From contig JANNWY010000304.1 of the NCBI GenBank assembly GCA_031409335.1, forward strand, positions 1 to 64,000: DNA of 64,000 nucleotides, read 5' to 3'. The DNA comes from Chthoniobacteraceae bacterium (GTDB taxonomy: Bacteria; Verrucomicrobiota; Verrucomicrobiia; Chthoniobacterales; Chthoniobacteraceae). Shown here one piece after another: positions 1 through 8,203 of the stretch. The position numbers were made by a program, and so were the translations under genes. Within the stretch, counting starts at the first letter, position 1, and each line of letters starts with the position of its first letter. The notes beneath the pieces are model-generated. The model saw nothing but the letters and a program-made list of their open reading frames with translations. It was not told the DNA's origin and did no database searches.

Positions 1-3000
1 GACTCGGCGGTGGTGAAGAGGGCGCGGGCTTCGTCCTTCTTGCCTTGCTGAAAGAGACTCATCGCCCGGTAGAAGGCGGAGGTGCCTCCGAGGATGCCGC
101 TCGTCGATGGGTTGGCGAGCAAGGCCTGTTCGGCCTCGGCGAAGTGACCGGCGCGGTATTCGGCGATGCCGAGCGCCATCTTGAAGTAGGCGAGGTATTC
201 GTGTTTCTGCCCGAGTTCCACGGCCTTGCGCGCCCGGTCGAGAGCGGCTTCCCTCATCGTCGCTTCGGCGACAGGGCGCAAACAGGCGAGCTTGGCCGCA
301 CGATCAAGGTCGTCGGGTTTCGTGACGTCTTGCGCCCATTTCAACATGCGTTCGCTTGTGGAAGTGTGTTCGGCGTCCATGCCGAACCACGCCTGCAGGG
401 CGGCTACCTTTAGCGCCAAAAAGGTGTCCTTGGGATTTCGCGTGGAGGCTTCCGCCAGCAAGGGAGTCGCCTCCGCCATCCGCCCGGCGTCGGCGTAGGA
501 AACCGCCAGGGCGTTCATCGCGTCGAGCGTGTCGGGGTGCTCCGGGCCGTTCACCTTGCGGCTGAGCGCCAGCACTTCCTCGCGCAGCTTGAGCGCCTCC
601 CCTTTCCGGTTCGCGTCGTGGTAGGAGATCGCGAGGTTGTGCATCACGTGGAGCGTGTCGGGGTGCTCCGGGCCGTTCACCTTGCGGCGGAGCGCCAACA
701 CCTCCTCCCCCAGCTTGAGCGCCTCGTCCTTTCGGTTCGCGTCGTCGTAGGAAACCGCCAGGGCGTTCATCGCGTCGAGCGTGTCGGAGTGCTCCGTGCC
801 GTTCACCTTGCGGCTGAGTGGGAGCGCCTCCTCGCGCAGCTTGAGCGCCTCCTCTTTCCGATTCGCGGCGTCGTAGGAAACCGCGAGGTTGTGCATCGCC
901 GTCAGCGTGACGGGGTGCTCCGGGCCGTTCACCTTGCGGCGGAGCGCCAGCACCTCCTCCTTCAGCTTGAGCGCCTCGTCCTTTCGGTTCGCGGCGTCGT
1001 AGGAAACCGCCAGGTTGTGCATCGCGTCGAGCGTGTCGGAGTGCTCCGGGCCGTTCACCTTGCGGCTGAGGGTCAGCACCTCCACGCGCAGCTTGAGCGC
1101 CTCGTCCTGGCGTCCGGCAGCATCGTAGGAAATCGCCAGGTTGGTCATCGCATCGAGCGTGTTGGGGTGCTCCGAGCCGAGCACCTTTCGGCGGAGCGCC
1201 AGCACCTCCTCCTGCATCTTGAGCGCCTCGTCCAGGCGACCGGCGATGCCATAGGAAAGCGCCAGGTTTTGCATCACCGTGAGCACGTCGGGATGCTCCG
1301 GGCCGTTCACCTTTCGGCTGAGCGCCAGCACCTCCTCGCGCAGCTTGAGCGCCTCGTCCAGGCGACCGGCGTCGTTGTAGGAATTCGCAAGGTTGCTCAT
1401 CGCCATGAGTGTGAAGCGGTGCTCCGGGCCGTTCGTCTTGCGGCTGAGCGGCAGCACCTCCTCGCGCAGTTTGAACGCCTCGCCCAGGCGTCCGGCGTCG
1501 TCGTAAGAATTCGCCAGATTGTTCATCGCCACGAGCGTGCAGTCCCTCTCAGCGCCACAGTGTTTGAGATGAGTGTCCAGCGCCTTCTCCAGCAGCGGAA
1601 TGGCCCGCCGCGCAAGGCCGAGGGCACGGTAGGTCTCACCGAGGGTGGCCTGTAGATTCGCCTGCTGTCTGGGATGGGTGGCAAGGTCGGTGTCCAGTTT
1701 CTTCACGGCCTTGTCGAGCGTCTCGGCCACAGTGACAGTGCGGCCGTCGCGAGACGGGTCGGGACTTTGGAACACTTCGGTAAGGAACTTCGAGATGTCC
1801 TCCGCGTTCTTGCGCGCCAGCTCCTTCGCGTCGCGCTCGGCGGCGACTTGCACGAGGGTGTCGGCGGTTCTTTTCTCCGCCGCCGTCGCGCGCACCGCCT
1901 GCCACGTGCTCACCCCTGTGGCGACCACCAGCACGGCGGCGATGGCGGCGGCAACGCGCAGCGCGGCTTTGTTCCGCCGCGCGAACTTCCGGAACTGGTA
2001 GCCTGCGCTCGGCGGCGTGGCGCTCACCGCTTCGTCGGCGAGGAAGCGCACGATGTCCTGAGCGAAGGCGTTGGCCGTCTCGTAACGGCGCGCGCGGTCC
2101 TTCTCGATCGCCTTCATCACAATCCAGTCGAGGTCCGGTTCGACGAGCTTGCCCAGCTTCTCCGGCTCGATGCGGTGCGCTTTCGCGAGCAGCGTGCGCT
2201 CTTCGCCCACGATGGTGCTGATGCGCGACGAGGGCTTCACCGGCTCAACCTCACGGATGATGCGCCGCATTTCCTCGTAGCCGGCGGAAGCGAGCGACTT
2301 GGCATCGAAGGGCGGCTTTCCCGTGAGCAATTCGTAGAGCAGGATGCCGAGCGCGTAGATGTCGCTGCGCGTATCAATATCCAGCCCGCTCGTCGCCGCC
2401 TGCTCCGGGCTCATGTAAACCGGGGTGCCGATGACCTGCTCGAAGCGCGTAAAGAGCGTCTTGTCCGTCAGCTTCCCCTGCGTCGCCTTCGCGATGCCGA
2501 AGTCGATCACCTTCACCACCGCCTTGTCCCCGTGCATCGTCACCATCACGTTCGACGGCTTGATGTCGCGGTGGATGATGCCCTTTTGATGGGCGTGGTT
2601 GATCGCCGAGCACACGTCGCCAAAGAGCGCCAGCCGCTCGCGCGTCCCCAGCCCGGCCTCGTCGCAGTATTGGGTGATCGGGATGCCTTTCACCAATTCC
2701 ATGACGAAGAACGGCCGCCCATACTGCGTCGCGCCCGCATCGAAGACCTTCGCGATGTTCGGGTGATCCATCATCGCCAGCGCCTGCCGCTCCGACTCGA
2801 AGCGCGCGATGACCTCCTTCGTGTCCATGCCCAGCTTGATGATCTTCAGCGCCACCTTGCGCACCACCGGCTCCATCTGCTCGGCCATCCAGACTGTGCC
2901 GAAGCCGCCCTCGCCAATCTCCTGCAGTAGCTTGTAGCGCCCGATGCGCTCGCCTTCCTCTTCGGGCTTGAGCCGCGCCATCAGCTCCTCAGCCTCGGGG

Positions 3001-3275
3001 GAAGGTGGAGCGTCCTCCGCCAGGAAGGTGCCCGCCCGGGCCTGCGCGGCGAGCAGTTCCTCCACCCGCGCCTGCAAGTCCGCATCGTCCCCGCACGCCT
3101 GGGCGACATACGCCGCGCGCTCCGGGACCGGGCGGTCCAGCGCCGAGTTAAAGGTCGCCTCCGCGCGGGCCGCGCGCTCCGGGGAAAGCGCGGGCGGACG
3201 CGGTGGTGCCGGGGTCCGGATCCGCGAACCGGACGGTCTCGGTGGTGGCGGCGGTGGGCTCATGGGAGTGTTCAT
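1..3275 (-). CDS. Ser/Thr protein kinase with C-terminal TPR repeat array (3' end runs off the window)
   Basis: Absent from the ORF track because there is no stop in the window; translated by hand from ATG 3275 (alternative 3263): MNTPMSPPPPPP...IGRYKLLQEIGEGGFGTVW...VALKIIK...HRDIKPSN...IDFGIAK...GTPVYMSPEQ, then 42-aa TPR repeats. Frame is still consistent at base 3. Confidence 0.93.
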   Translation of the reverse strand, partial: MNTPMSPPPPPPRPSGSRIRTPAPPRPPALSPERAARAEATFNSALDRPVPERAAYVAQACGDDADLQARVEELLAAQARAGTFLAEDAPPSPEAEELMARLKPEEEGERIGRYKLLQEIGEGGFGTVWMAEQMEPVVRKVALKIIKLGMDTKEVIARFESERQALAMMDHPNIAKVFDAGATQYGRPFFVMELVKGIPITQYCDEAGLGTRERLALFGDVCSAINHAHQKGIIHRDIKPSNVMVTMHGDKAVVKVIDFGIAKATQGKLTDKTLFTRFEQVIGTPVYMSPEQAATSGLDIDTRSDIYALGILLYELLTGKPPFDAKSLASAGYEEMRRIIREVEPVKPSSRISTIVGEERTLLAKAHRIEPEKLGKLVEPDLDWIVMKAIEKDRARRYETANAFAQDIVRFLADEAVSATPPSAGYQFRKFARRNKAALRVAAAIAAVLVVATGVSTWQAVRATAAEKRTADTLVQVAAERDAKELARKNAEDISKFLTEVFQSPDPSRDGRTVTVAETLDKAVKKLDTDLATHPRQQANLQATLGETYRALGLARRAIPLLEKALDTHLKHCGAERDCTLVAMNNLANSYDDAGRLGEAFKLREEVLPLSRKTNGPEHRFTLMAMSNLANSYNDAGRLDEALKLREEVLALSRKVNGPEHPDVLTVMQNLALSYGIAGRLDEALKMQEEVLALRRKVLGSEHPNTLDAMTNLAISYDAAGRQDEALKLRVEVLTLSRKVNGPEHSDTLDAMHNLAVSYDAANRKDEALKLKEEVLALRRKVNGPEHPVTLTAMHNLAVSYDAANRKEEALKLREEALPLSRKVNGTEHSDTLDAMNALAVSYDDANRKDEALKLGEEVLALRRKVNGPEHPDTLHVMHNLAISYHDANRKGEALKLREEVLALSRKVNGPEHPDTLDAMNALAVSYADAGRMAEATPLLAEASTRNPKDTFLALKVAALQAWFGMDAEHTSTSERMLKWAQDVTKPDDLDRAAKLACLRPVAEATMREAALDRARKAVELGQKHEYLAYFKMALGIAEYRAGHFAEAEQALLANPSTSGILGGTSAFYRAMSLFQQGKKDEARALFTTAE
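470..1545 (-). repeat. 126-bp tandem repeats encoding 42-aa TPR units
   Basis: A motif like gtgctccgggccgttcaccttgcggc recurs every 126 nt (about 537, 663, 789, 915, 1041, 1167, 1293, 1419). Boundaries approximate. Confidence 0.9.
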
Positions 3276-3326
3276 CCTGCCTGCTCATGCGCCATCCGGC
3301 GATGAAATGGGCCACTCGCGACGAAA

Positions 3327-3893
3327 TTATTTTGCCCCCGGATTCTCGTCCTGCTCGATCGCCTCGAAAAGCCACGCCCGCGCATACGCCCAGTGCCGCT
3401 TCGCCGTGCGCTCCGGGAGCCCGAGCACCGCGCCCGCCTCCGCGAGCGAGAGGCCCACGAAGAACCGCAGCTTCACCAGCTCCGCCTTCTGCGGGTCCTC
3501 GGCGGCCAAGCGATCGAGCACTTCATGGATGGCGAGCAGGCGATCACTCTGCCCGACCGGCGCGGTGATCTCGAAGTCATCCACATCCACCCGCTCCAGC
3601 CCGCCGCCGTGCCGGGCGGCGAGCTTGTGGCGGGCGCGATCGACGAGGATGCGCCGCATCGCCTCGGCGGCTGCGCCGAAAAAGTGCGCGCGGTTTTCAA
3701 AACGCTGGTCGCCGAGCTTCATCCACGCCTCGTGAACGAGCGCCGTGGGCTGGAGCGTGTGGCCGGGTTGCTCGCGGGCCATCTTCGCGCGGGCGAGCGT
3801 GCGCAGCTCGGCATAGACCTGCGCGAGAAGCGCGCCAGCGGCATCGGGTTCGCCGCGGTGCAGGGCATCGAGGAGGAGTGTGAGATCGGCCAC
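3327..3893 (-). CDS. ECF sigma factor (TIGR02999-like, kinase-associated)
   Basis: YAELRTLA...HTLQPTALVHEAW...FENRAHFFGAAAEAMRRILVDRAR...LVKLRFFVGLS...WAYARAWL; directly upstream of the kinase. Confidence 0.95.
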   Translation of the reverse strand: MADLTLLLDALHRGEPDAAGALLAQVYAELRTLARAKMAREQPGHTLQPTALVHEAWMKLGDQRFENRAHFFGAAAEAMRRILVDRARHKLAARHGGGLERVDVDDFEITAPVGQSDRLLAIHEVLDRLAAEDPQKAELVKLRFFVGLSLAEAGAVLGLPERTAKRHWAYARAWLFEAIEQDENPGAK

Positions 3894-3967
3894 GGGTGAG
3901 TGCTACCGGGCGAGGCCGGAGTTTAATCGCCGGTGAACGGCATGTCTTTTCTCCACCGGACGCATCA

Positions 3968-6460
3968 TCATGGTGATGCGATTTGGGTCGCTGCGGCGGC
4001 GGTGCGCTGCTTTTGAAACGGCGCAGATTCGATGATGCCATTCAGCAACGCGGAGAAGCGTCCGTCTTCCGCGTCGAGCTTGGTCACGATTTGGTCCACG
4101 GTTTCCACGTCGTAATACTCCGGGCCGCGACCGATGGCGAAGGTGAGGAATTTTTCCGTGAGGCAGCGGTAGAAATCGAGGCGGTGTTTTTCGACGAGGA
4201 TGCGTTTTAGCTCGCGCACACTCGTGAACGTCTCGCCGGTGATCAATTGCCCGGCGGTGTCGATGGCTTGGCCGCGCTCCTTTTCGCGCCACATTCCCAT
4301 CGCGTTGAAGTTTTCAAACGCGAGTCCGATCGCGTCCATACGCGTGTGGCAGCCAGCGCACAGCGGCTCCTTCCGATGCAGCTCCAGCGCCTCTCGCAGC
4401 GTCGGCTGGTGATCGCCGAAATCCTTCTCGCTTGCCTCCAGTGCGGGGACGTTGGCGGGCGGCGGCGGCGCTGGTGTGCCGAGGAAATTATCGAGCACGA
4501 ACAGACCGCGCTTCACGGGCGAAGTGCGGTCCGGGTTTGACGTGACGACGAGCGCGCTGCCCTGCGTGAGCACGCCGCCGCGCGGGCTGTCGGGCGCGAG
4601 GGCGAGGCGGCGCATTTCCGGGCCGCTCACGTCGGGGATCGCGTAGAGTTTTGCGAGGCGCTCGTTCAGGAACGTGTAGTCGCTGTCGATCAGCTCGGTG
4701 ACGCTGCGATTTTCGCGGACGATGTGGGAGAAAAACATTTCCGTCTCGCGCTGCATCGCGTCGCGCAGTTCGCGGTCGAGTTCGATCCCTTTGCCGCGTT
4801 TGCGGAATTGCTCGAACATCAGCCGCATCTCCTCCTTTTCCTCCGGCGTGCGTTTGTCTTCGGGGATGGCCATGAGTTCCCGGATGCGCACGCGGCGTTT
4901 CTCGCCTTCGCGCTCGTCGCCGCGATCGCGCGCGAGCACCACCCGCGCGTCGATCGCGATGCCATCGACATCGCGGACTTGCAGCCACTGGCCGGTGAAA
5001 TTGCGCACCATGCTTTCCGAGCGCGGATCGCCGAGCAGACGCTGCACTTGCGCGGACAGATTGTTTCGCAACTCACCGCTGGCCGCGAGCCGGATCAGTT
5101 CGTCGTCGGGCATCGTGGACCAGAGGAAATACGAGAGCCGCGAGGCGAGCGAATATTCGTCCACATTGGCAATCGCCTGCCCCTCCGCGCCCGGCTCGCT
5201 TTCCTCGATGCGAAACAAAAAACGCGGCGATGCGATCACCGCGACGAACGCGTGCGCGATGCCGGCCTCAAAGGTTTTGCCTGGCTGCGCGTACACGCTT
5301 TCCGCAAGCGCGGCGAGGCGCTCCACGGTGCGATCGTCCACGGGACGGCGGAAGGCTTTCGTCGCAAAGTTTCGGAGCACTTCCCGCGCATTAGCGCGGC
5401 GGACATCCGGCGACTGAGGATCATCCTGCGTGAAGAAACGATCGTAATTTGGCGGACGACTCCAGTGCTCTTCCGCCAGCGGCCCGCGGATCGCGAGCGT
5501 GAGGATTTGCACTGCGAGCGAATTCACTTTTTGAGCAACCGGCGTGAGCGGTTCGAGGGTGAGGGTGAAACGGTGAGCGCCGGGTTGCCAATCCTCGTCG
5601 AACTCGAAAGTGAACGTCTTAAAATCGTGCCAGCCGAATTCCTTTTGCATCACCTCGCGGTCGTCGATTTTGAAAACCACCCGGCATTTTCCCGGATCGA
5701 AATCGAAGTTCCCGCGCACCGCGAGTTCCAGCGCCACCCGGTATTTCCCGGCGAGCTTAGCCTCGGATGATGCGGCCACATTTTCCGCCTCGTAGTACGA
5801 CAGCGAAAGAAAGTCATCGCGGCGCGCCGCGTCACCTCCCTCACCGCGGAATCGGTTGCCCGCGATCTTCGTCTCGGGGACGATTCGCGAAACGGTCGGC
5901 ACGGCTTCGGTCACGATCGCCTTCGCGGCGGCGAGATATTTCTCCAGCAGGATTGGCGAGATGGAAAGCACGTCGCCGATGTTGTCGAAACCATAACCCG
6001 TGTCGTCCGGCGGGAATTCGACCTCGGTGGAAAACTCGATGCCCATGAGGTCGCGGATCGTGTGGCGGTACTCGACGCGATTGAGCCGCCGCACGGTCAC
6101 GCGCCCCGGATCGGGATTTTTCGGGTCGATGCCGAACGCCTCGAACTTGATCCACTCCTCGATCCTGCGCCGCTCTTCCGCCGTGGGCTGCGGTTTCTTC
6201 TTCGGCGGCATCAGGCCCGCGCGCATATTTTTCAAAACGCCGAGCCACAGCTCGTGCCCGCCGAGCAGCGCCGCGTCGGACTTGAATTCATCGAAGGCGA
6301 CGTTGCCCTTCCTTTCGCCGTCTGCGTGGCAGTCGTAGCAGTAGTTGCCGAGAATCGGCTCAATCTGCCTTCGGAAATTTTCGGCTGCACCCGGTTCCGC
6401 ACCGGGCGATGCAGCAGCGGAAAGGACGAGCGCAAAAATGGCGAGCAGGCGAAAGCGCAT
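3968..6460 (-). CDS. Planctomycete-type cytochrome c protein (DUF1587/1592/1595/1588/1585 architecture)
   Basis: Signal peptide from ATG 6460 (MRFRLLAIF), N-terminal CYDCH, RRLNRVEYRHTIRDL, GFDN, LASRLSYFLWSTMPD, TSPVKRG, C-terminal CAGCH. Confidence 0.92.
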   Translation of the reverse strand: MRFRLLAIFALVLSAAASPGAEPGAAENFRRQIEPILGNYCYDCHADGERKGNVAFDEFKSDAALLGGHELWLGVLKNMRAGLMPPKKKPQPTAEERRRIEEWIKFEAFGIDPKNPDPGRVTVRRLNRVEYRHTIRDLMGIEFSTEVEFPPDDTGYGFDNIGDVLSISPILLEKYLAAAKAIVTEAVPTVSRIVPETKIAGNRFRGEGGDAARRDDFLSLSYYEAENVAASSEAKLAGKYRVALELAVRGNFDFDPGKCRVVFKIDDREVMQKEFGWHDFKTFTFEFDEDWQPGAHRFTLTLEPLTPVAQKVNSLAVQILTLAIRGPLAEEHWSRPPNYDRFFTQDDPQSPDVRRANAREVLRNFATKAFRRPVDDRTVERLAALAESVYAQPGKTFEAGIAHAFVAVIASPRFLFRIEESEPGAEGQAIANVDEYSLASRLSYFLWSTMPDDELIRLAASGELRNNLSAQVQRLLGDPRSESMVRNFTGQWLQVRDVDGIAIDARVVLARDRGDEREGEKRRVRIRELMAIPEDKRTPEEKEEMRLMFEQFRKRGKGIELDRELRDAMQRETEMFFSHIVRENRSVTELIDSDYTFLNERLAKLYAIPDVSGPEMRRLALAPDSPRGGVLTQGSALVVTSNPDRTSPVKRGLFVLDNFLGTPAPPPPANVPALEASEKDFGDHQPTLREALELHRKEPLCAGCHTRMDAIGLAFENFNAMGMWREKERGQAIDTAGQLITGETFTSVRELKRILVEKHRLDFYRCLTEKFLTFAIGRGPEYYDVETVDQIVTKLDAEDGRFSALLNGIIESAPFQKQRTAAAATQIASP

Positions 6461-6523
6461 GGTGGATGTGATTACCATTCCTAGCTGTGGCACGCTAGCA
6501 GCGATGACGGCTGCGGTTCGGAA

Positions 6524-6689
6524 TCCGGGTAGCACGCTCGTCCCGAGTGTTGGTTTTGGCGGTCCGCCGAAACGAACTTCCCTGCCGCGTCGTCCAGGCG
6601 TTCGTCCACGAAATTGGCATGGACGTGGGAGGGGATTTCACGAAGGCGGGACGCCTACGCCAACGCTCCGGACGGGCGTGCTACCCGGA
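6524..6689. repeat. REP/MITE-like palindromic element, family A copy 1
   Basis: Arms tccgggtagcacgctcgtcccgagtgttgg ... ccaacgctccggacgggcgtgctacccgga; ~166 nt; near-identical arms at 11243-11407. Confidence 0.85.
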
Positions 6690-6745
6690 AACTCGCGCGC
6701 GCCTTCACTCGCACCTACACGTTCCGCTGGGACCATTTCGTTTTT

Positions 6746-7279
6746 TCAGCGGGCCGCGTTCGCGTTGATTGCCTCATGCAACCACGCCCGCGCATACTCC
6801 CAATCGCGGTAGGCCGTCGCCTCGGAGATGCCGAGCACTTCCGCCGTTTCCGTGAAGGAGAGGCCAGCGAAGTAGCGCAGCTTCACCAGTTCCGCCTTCC
6901 GCGCGTCGTGCGTGGCGAAGCGGTCGAGGGCTTCGTGGACGGCGAGCAGTTCGGCGTCCTGCTCCGTCGGCGCGGCGATCTCGATTTCGTCCACGTCCAC
7001 ATGTTCCGCATGGCCGCCGCGGCGCGCAGCGAGTTTGCGCCGCGCGCGCTCGATGAGGATGCGGCGCATGGCCTCGGCGGCGGCGGCGAAAAAGTGGGCG
7101 CGGTTCTCGAAGCGCGCGTCTGCGCCCAGCCGCAGCCAGGCTTCATGCACCAGCGCGGTGGGCTGCAGCGTCTGGCCGGGCTGCTCGCGGGCCATCTTCC
7201 CGCAGGCCAGCGACTGCAACTCGGCATACACGCGCGGCAGCAGTTCGTCGGCAACGAGGTGCGTGGCCTCGGAATTCAT
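6746..7279 (-). CDS. ECF sigma factor (TIGR02999-like), shortened N-terminus
   Basis: QTLQPTALVHEAWLRL...FENRAHFFAAAAEAMRRIL...LVKLRYFAGLS; start overlaps the HEPN stop (ATGA). Confidence 0.92.
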   Translation of the reverse strand: MNSEATHLVADELLPRVYAELQSLACGKMAREQPGQTLQPTALVHEAWLRLGADARFENRAHFFAAAAEAMRRILIERARRKLAARRGGHAEHVDVDEIEIAAPTEQDAELLAVHEALDRFATHDARKAELVKLRYFAGLSFTETAEVLGISEATAYRDWEYARAWLHEAINANAAR

Positions 7280-7680
7280 GGGATCCCCACTCGCCCCGCC
7301 ACTGCGGCGTGAAGTGCGGTGACTTCCTCGATTTGCGCGCGCAGCGCGGGCCAGTCGGGGTCGTCGAAATCAAAGCCGGGGTAGCGGCTCAGAAAATAAT
7401 CCTCCGCCAAATCCGCGACCATTGGCCGAATCTGCGCAAGCAGGTCGGAATCCCGAAGCTGCAGCTCGCTGGCAAGTTTCCGCAGGTCGTGTGTTTTTTC
7501 GAGATGCCATCCGCTCCGAATCAACTCGGCTTTGAGTATCTTCTCCAAGACCTCGGCGAGCTTGCCGCGGCACAAAGCAAATCCGAGTTCGCGCTCTGCG
7601 AGATTGCGAAGGGCTTCGAGGTCCAGGTTGCAGATCCAAAGCCAGTCCGCCGGATTCTTCGAGTCAGTCTTGCGCGGCAA
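7276..7680 (-). CDS. HEPN domain protein (putative toxin)
   Basis: TTG start inferred at 7680; W...DL...EKILKA...KTHDL...SRYPG signature of the HEPN family paired with minimal nucleotidyltransferases. Confidence 0.8.
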   Translation of the reverse strand: MPRKTDSKNPADWLWICNLDLEALRNLAERELGFALCRGKLAEVLEKILKAELIRSGWHLEKTHDLRKLASELQLRDSDLLAQIRPMVADLAEDYFLSRYPGFDFDDPDWPALRAQIEEVTALHAAVAGRVGIP

Positions 7681-8023
7681 GAAGCACTCCTTCGTTGAGA
7701 ACGGTGGCAAAAAAGAAATCCCCGATGGCGCGCTTTTCGGCAAGACGGCTGGGAGTGATGGGGATCAGTGTGAAAGCCGGGCGGGGAACGACGTCCCAAA
7801 TCGCGTTGCTGAATTTTGCGGATGCCTTGAGCTGCCGCTCCGCGCCTTCCGCTACAAGGCAAAGGTCCACGTCGCTGTCGGGCCGTGCGTCGCCGCGGGC
7901 GTGCGAGCCGAAGAGATACACGGCCTGTAGCGGCAGCGCGCCATTCATCGCCACCAGACAGCGCGCCAGCGTTTCGCGCTGGGGCACGAGACTCGGCGGG
8001 AGATTTTCGAGGAGCAGTCTCAC
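7664..8023 (-). CDS. Minimal nucleotidyltransferase (MNT, putative antitoxin)
   Basis: VYLFGSHARGDARPDSDVDLCLV (GS-x10-DxD); GTG start inferred at 8023; overlaps the HEPN gene. Confidence 0.88.
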   Translation of the reverse strand: MRLLLENLPPSLVPQRETLARCLVAMNGALPLQAVYLFGSHARGDARPDSDVDLCLVAEGAERQLKASAKFSNAIWDVVPRPAFTLIPITPSRLAEKRAIGDFFFATVLNEGVLLAAQD

Positions 8024-8072
8024 ACGAGGACCGTAGCCGCGCGCGCCGCTCCTGCCAAGCCGCGCATTACCC

Positions 8073-8196
8073 AAGTGGGCGCGGTTCTCGAAGCGCGCGC
8101 CTTCGCCCAACCGCAGCCAGGCTTCATGCGCCTGCGCGGTGGGCTGAAGCGTTTGCCCCGCTGGATCGCGGCGAGCAGGTGGGTGACGTCGCTCAT
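8073..8196 (-). pseudogene. ECF sigma factor remnant
   Basis: ATG 8196 gives MSDVTHLLAAIQRG (typical N-terminus of this ECF family), then after an internal deletion/frameshift QTLQPTAQAHEAWLRLGEGARFENRAHL; similarity then stops. Confidence 0.85.
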
Positions 8197-8203
8197 GCGG
8201 GCC

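Noticed and set aside
470..1545. Regular repeats as a possible CRISPR array
   Set aside because: The 126-nt period is in frame and the whole unit is conserved; there are no unique spacers and no cas genes.
537..2930. Long + strand ORFs (372 aa repeat protein, 418 aa) and similar ones at 10154, 12475, 15606, 23929, 24404 and 58369
   Set aside because: Antisense shadows of real genes in high-GC DNA; their repeats simply mirror the TPR or WD40 units.
6488..6502. Sigma54-like TGGCAC-N5-CAGC
   Set aside because: Poor -12 element, and it points away from the adjacent gene into a repeat.
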